From an uncultured delta proteobacterium (GTDB lineage: Bacteria; Myxococcota_A; Polyangia; Polyangiales; Polyangiaceae), in contig CAVQUB010000020.1 in NCBI GenBank assembly GCA_963716725.1, forward strand, positions 160,001 to 224,000: DNA of 64,000 nt. Direction: 5' to 3'. The notes beneath the pieces were generated by a model. It searched no databases. It was not told the DNA's origin and was given only the letters and a program-made list of their open reading frames with translations. Made by a program: the position numbers and the translations under genes. The stretch's first letter is position 1. The number at the start of each line of letters is the position of its first letter. This document shows positions 60,363 to 64,000 of the stretch, piece by piece.

Positions 60363-61271
60363 ATGACCCACCCGCTATCGACCAAGTTCCGCGAAGTCGC
60401 CCCCGCGAGCTTCGAGCTCGCCGAGGCTGACCGCCTCGAACTCGTGTTGGCAGAGGCGACGGAGCGAGGCGCCGCCGCCTGGCCCGGCGTGACCGTCGAC
60501 CCGCTCGAATTCGTCCGCTTCCTCGCCGAGCGCGTCCCTCACCGCGCGGACCCAGCGCCTGCGCTCGCCGAACTGCGCATCGAAGAGCTCTACTTGTGTT
60601 GCGCAGCTCTGACCGGTTCGGCAGCAGCGATCCAGGAACTCGACCGGCGCTTCATCTTGGACTCGGCACGCGCCTTGGGTCGCTTCGGCTCGAACAGCCA
60701 GACCCGCGACGAGGCGCTACAGCTGGCCCGAGAAAAACTCTTCGCGAGTACGCCCGACACTCCGCCAAAGCTCGCCCAGTACTCCGGCAAGGGCGCCCTG
60801 GGGGGCTGGATCCGCGTGGTGGTGGTACGCACGGCGCTCAACACTCAGCGCTCGGAAAAGCGTCACGTGCCACGCGACGACGACCTGCTCGCGACCCGCA
60901 TCGCCGAAGACTCGGACGATCCGGAGCTGCGGGTGATGAAGGCGGAGTACGCCGATACGCTGGCGCTGGCCGTCGCGGGCGCGTTTCGCCGGCTCACCAG
61001 CGAACAGCGGAACTTGCTGCGGCTCTACGTGATCGACCAGCTCTCGCTGGCCGAGCTCGGCAAGCTCCACTCGGTGGATGCCTCCACAGTCTCGCGCTGG
61101 CTGACCAAGATCCGCGCTCGGCTGCTCGAGGACGCCCAGACCGAGTTGTCCGAGCGCCACGCGCTCAGACCTTCGGAGTGCGCCAGCGTCATGCGCCTCG
61201 TGCGGAGCGATCTGCACCTCAGCATCGCCCGCCTTCTGCAAACGGAGCCCGCGGGCACTGTCGAGGTATGA
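60363..61271 (+). CDS. ECF-like sigma-70 factor, Myxococcales family
   Basis: ELYLC, YSGKGALGGWIRVVVVR and LSLAELGKLHSVDASTVSRWL. Confidence 0.82.
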   Translation: MTHPLSTKFREVAPASFELAEADRLELVLAEATERGAAAWPGVTVDPLEFVRFLAERVPHRADPAPALAELRIEELYLCCAALTGSAAAIQELDRRFILDSARALGRFGSNSQTRDEALQLAREKLFASTPDTPPKLAQYSGKGALGGWIRVVVVRTALNTQRSEKRHVPRDDDLLATRIAEDSDDPELRVMKAEYADTLALAVAGAFRRLTSEQRNLLRLYVIDQLSLAELGKLHSVDASTVSRWLTKIRARLLEDAQTELSERHALRPSECASVMRLVRSDLHLSIARLLQTEPAGTVEV

Positions 61272-61274
61272 ACC

Positions 61275-63488
61275 ATGAAAGCTCAGTCGGAAGGGGGGTG
61301 TCTCGGCGAAGACGAGATGCTGGCGCTCGCCGACGGCACGGCCCCCGCTGACGCGCGCTTCCGCGCCACCCGGCACCTGGACACCTGCGACGAGTGCCGC
61401 CGAGTGCTGGCTGCGGTCGCCCACGCCGACGAATCGGCGGAGGACGACGAGACCCCGACGCTCACGGCCAAGCGCCTGAGTGTGACCCTGCCTGCGGAGC
61501 TGATGAGCCGCTACGTCTTGCTCCGCGAGATGCGCGACTGCTCGAGCTACGTGGCGTACGTGGCCCGCGACCGAAACCGCGACGAACTGGTCGAGCTCAA
61601 GTGGATCCGGGACGAACTGGCCCGGCAGCCCGGAGTGGGCGACCGAGTGCGGACGGCGGTCACGCTGGCTCGGGCCGTCACCAGCGACCACGTGGTTCGC
61701 TTGCGTGAGGTCCACCAATCGGAGAGCGCCGTGCTCATCGCGGCAGACTTGGTGGCGAGCGACGACCTGGCCGCGCTGCTCCGCGCCCGAGGGATCGGCC
61801 CGGAGCTCGCCCTGGACGTCGTGCTCCAGTTCCTGGATGCACTCGCGACGGCGCACCGGACCGGCGTGACCCATGGTCAGCTTCGGACCGAAAACGTATT
61901 GGTCGATCTCTCCGGACACGTTCAGGTCACGGATTTCGGTTTGGCCGAAGCCATCCACGGGCGGGCCCGCACGCAGCCGGAGCGCGCGCTGGACGACACC
62001 CAAGCCGCGAGTCGCCTCGCGCTGACGTTGCTCGAGCGTTGCGGGGGGAGCGCGCCGGCCGTCGCCGCGATCCTCGAGAGCGCCATCGAGCATCCCGACG
62101 GCTTCCCCACTGCGGTCGAGTTGGCCGATGCCGTGGCGCGAGTCCAGGTCAATCGTCGGCCGCCCCCGGATCGGAAGAGCGCCGGCCGCGACCGCGACTG
62201 GCTACCCGCATCCGGTTCCATCATCGCGGACCGGTATTTGGTCGAAGGGCTCCTTGGCCGCGGCGGCATGGGAGCGGTGGTGACTGCTCTCGAGCGCGAG
62301 AGCGGTCGCCGGGTCGCCATCAAGTTGATGCCACCCAGGGCGACCAAGAGCCGGGCCGCGGTGGAGCGATTCATGCGCGAGGGTCGCGCGGCATCAGCGG
62401 TGGTGAGCGACCACGTGGTGCGGGTGTTGGAGGTCGGGCAGAGCACAGAGGGCGCCCCGTTCATCGTCATGGAGCACCTCGAAGGCGAGACCCTCGGTAG
62501 GTTGATCAAGCGCCGGGGCGCGCTTCCGCTCGCCGAGGCCTTGGACTACGTGCTTCAGGCCTGTGTCGCCGTCGCCGAATGCCACGCGATGGGCATCGTG
62601 CACCGAGACCTGAAGCCCGAGAACCTCATGGTGCTCGGCGATGCCGGTCAGTCCGCAACCGTGAAGGTCCTCGATTTCGGCGTGTCGAAGTCGGATTGGC
62701 TCGAGCAAGCCGCTCGCGTGCGCCTGACGGGCACCGCCGACGTGCTTGGCACGCCGACACACATGTCTCCCGAGCAAGTGCGGAGCTCGAAGAGCGTGGA
62801 TGCCCGAACGGACATCTGGGCGCTCGGCGTCATCCTCTACGAGTTGGTGACCGGCAAGCCGCCCTTCATCGCCGACAACCTGCCGGCTCTCTGCGCGTCC
62901 ATCGTCAGCGACGAGCCGCGGGCGCCCCGGGAGCTCACCCCGGGGCTGCCGCCACCTCTCGAGGCGGTTATCCTGCGGTGCTTGGAGAAACACCCGGACG
63001 CTCGCCCCTTCAGCGTGCGGTCCCTGGCTGAACAGCTCGCGCCCTTTGCGTCGGGGTCGGGTGAAGCGGCCGTCGAGAAGATCCGCCACATCGGCGAGGC
63101 CAGCGTGCCTCGGCTCTCGGCGCCCCCTCCGCCACCACCACCTCCCGCGTCGGTGCCGCCGCCAGCACCGGCCACGATGACCACGGGCAACGCCCTGGGC
63201 GACACCGCGAGCTTCGGCCGACGGGTCTCCACTCGCCGGCGCTCGGTGATCGCCGCCGGGGCGTTGATCCTGTCCATCGGCGCAGTAGCCAGCTTGGTCC
63301 TGCTCGCGCTCGACGACGACGTCGAGGCCACGGTGACGCAGATCCCGGGCGCCGCGACGGCCGCGACGGCCGCGAAGACCGAGGAGCCGGTGGAGCTGGC
63401 GGCGCCCCCGGCCAGCAGCGCCGACGCGGGCCCGCCGGGAAAACGCAGGCCTCGCCCGACCGGAAGCCCGCTCGACACCCGCTTCTGA
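61275..63488 (+). CDS. Zinc finger - pseudokinase - Ser/Thr kinase - TM protein
   Basis: HLDTCDEC; first domain HGQLRTEN/DFG with no Gly-loop; second domain LGRGGMG, VAIK, HRDLKPEN, DFG and GTPTHMSPE. Confidence 0.9.
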   Translation: MKAQSEGGCLGEDEMLALADGTAPADARFRATRHLDTCDECRRVLAAVAHADESAEDDETPTLTAKRLSVTLPAELMSRYVLLREMRDCSSYVAYVARDRNRDELVELKWIRDELARQPGVGDRVRTAVTLARAVTSDHVVRLREVHQSESAVLIAADLVASDDLAALLRARGIGPELALDVVLQFLDALATAHRTGVTHGQLRTENVLVDLSGHVQVTDFGLAEAIHGRARTQPERALDDTQAASRLALTLLERCGGSAPAVAAILESAIEHPDGFPTAVELADAVARVQVNRRPPPDRKSAGRDRDWLPASGSIIADRYLVEGLLGRGGMGAVVTALERESGRRVAIKLMPPRATKSRAAVERFMREGRAASAVVSDHVVRVLEVGQSTEGAPFIVMEHLEGETLGRLIKRRGALPLAEALDYVLQACVAVAECHAMGIVHRDLKPENLMVLGDAGQSATVKVLDFGVSKSDWLEQAARVRLTGTADVLGTPTHMSPEQVRSSKSVDARTDIWALGVILYELVTGKPPFIADNLPALCASIVSDEPRAPRELTPGLPPPLEAVILRCLEKHPDARPFSVRSLAEQLAPFASGSGEAAVEKIRHIGEASVPRLSAPPPPPPPPASVPPPAPATMTTGNALGDTASFGRRVSTRRRSVIAAGALILSIGAVASLVLLALDDDVEATVTQIPGAATAATAAKTEEPVELAAPPASSADAGPPGKRRPRPTGSPLDTRF

Positions 63489-63554
63489 GCGCTTTGTCTG
63501 CAAGCCCCGGCGCGAGGGGTGTCGAGGGTGTGGGTCCCACCCACCCGCCCCCCC

Positions 63555-64000
63555 ATGTCGACGCGCCATTTATCCAAGGCCTCGCTGGTCGTTTTCGCGC
63601 TCGGTCTGATCGCGGGGCGGGGCCACGCGGCCGAGGCCGAGCCCATCTACGGCGGCTCGAAGGTGAAGCAGTGCGGGTGGCCGACGACGGTCGCGCTCGG
63701 CGGGTGCACCGGGACGTTGGTGCACCCCGAGTTGGTGATCTTCGCCGCTCACTGCATGCAAGGCAGCAGCGGACCGAGCAAAGCGACCTTCGGCGACAAC
63801 GAGAACAGCCCCGCCTTCTCGGTCTCGACCAAGGGCTGCAAGGCTCACCCGAAGTACCCCGGCACATCCGGGAACGACATGGCCTACTGCCGGCTCTCGC
63901 AGGCCGTGACCCAAGTGCCCATCGTCCCCATTCTCATGGGCTGCGAGACGCAGGTACTCGTGCCGGGAGCGAGCGTGGTCGCCGTCGGATTCGGTCAAGC
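63555..64000 (+). CDS. Secreted trypsin-like S1 protease, 3'-partial (absent from the ORF track)
   Basis: Own translation: signal peptide, then PIYGG..CTGTLVHPELVIFAAHC..NDMAYCRL..VAVGFG. Confidence 0.88.
   Translation, partial: MSTRHLSKASLVVFALGLIAGRGHAAEAEPIYGGSKVKQCGWPTTVALGGCTGTLVHPELVIFAAHCMQGSSGPSKATFGDNENSPAFSVSTKGCKAHPKYPGTSGNDMAYCRLSQAVTQVPIVPILMGCETQVLVPGASVVAVGFGQ

Overview
High-GC window whose gene content (many Hanks kinases, FHA and PEGA/TPR proteins, Cys-rich lipoproteins, Myxococcales-type sigma-70 factors) points to a myxobacterium, probably Polyangiaceae-like (inference). Core genes include kynA, an acyl-CoA dehydrogenase, folB, guaA, glpK, accA and gap-pgk-tpiA-secG. The clearest accessory region is about 17.7-25.9 kb. 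It holds a three-gene surface operon (trypsin-like protease/TSP3/Kelch lipoprotein, a second lipoprotein, a putative beta-barrel) whose first gene is switched out of frame by a G15 tract inside its signal peptide. The operon is bracketed by two Rhs remnants, a 5'-truncated group II intron and nested IS remnants. Two sigma factor + zinc-finger-fused membrane kinase modules occur, one with a pseudokinase-kinase tandem and one with a TPR/PEGA partner. Many genes have a TANNNT box 7-12 nt before the start codon, suggesting leaderless transcription. Scattered single-base frameshifts in housekeeping genes suggest consensus errors, which limits how far any frameshift can be trusted. No rRNA, tRNA or CRISPR array was seen.
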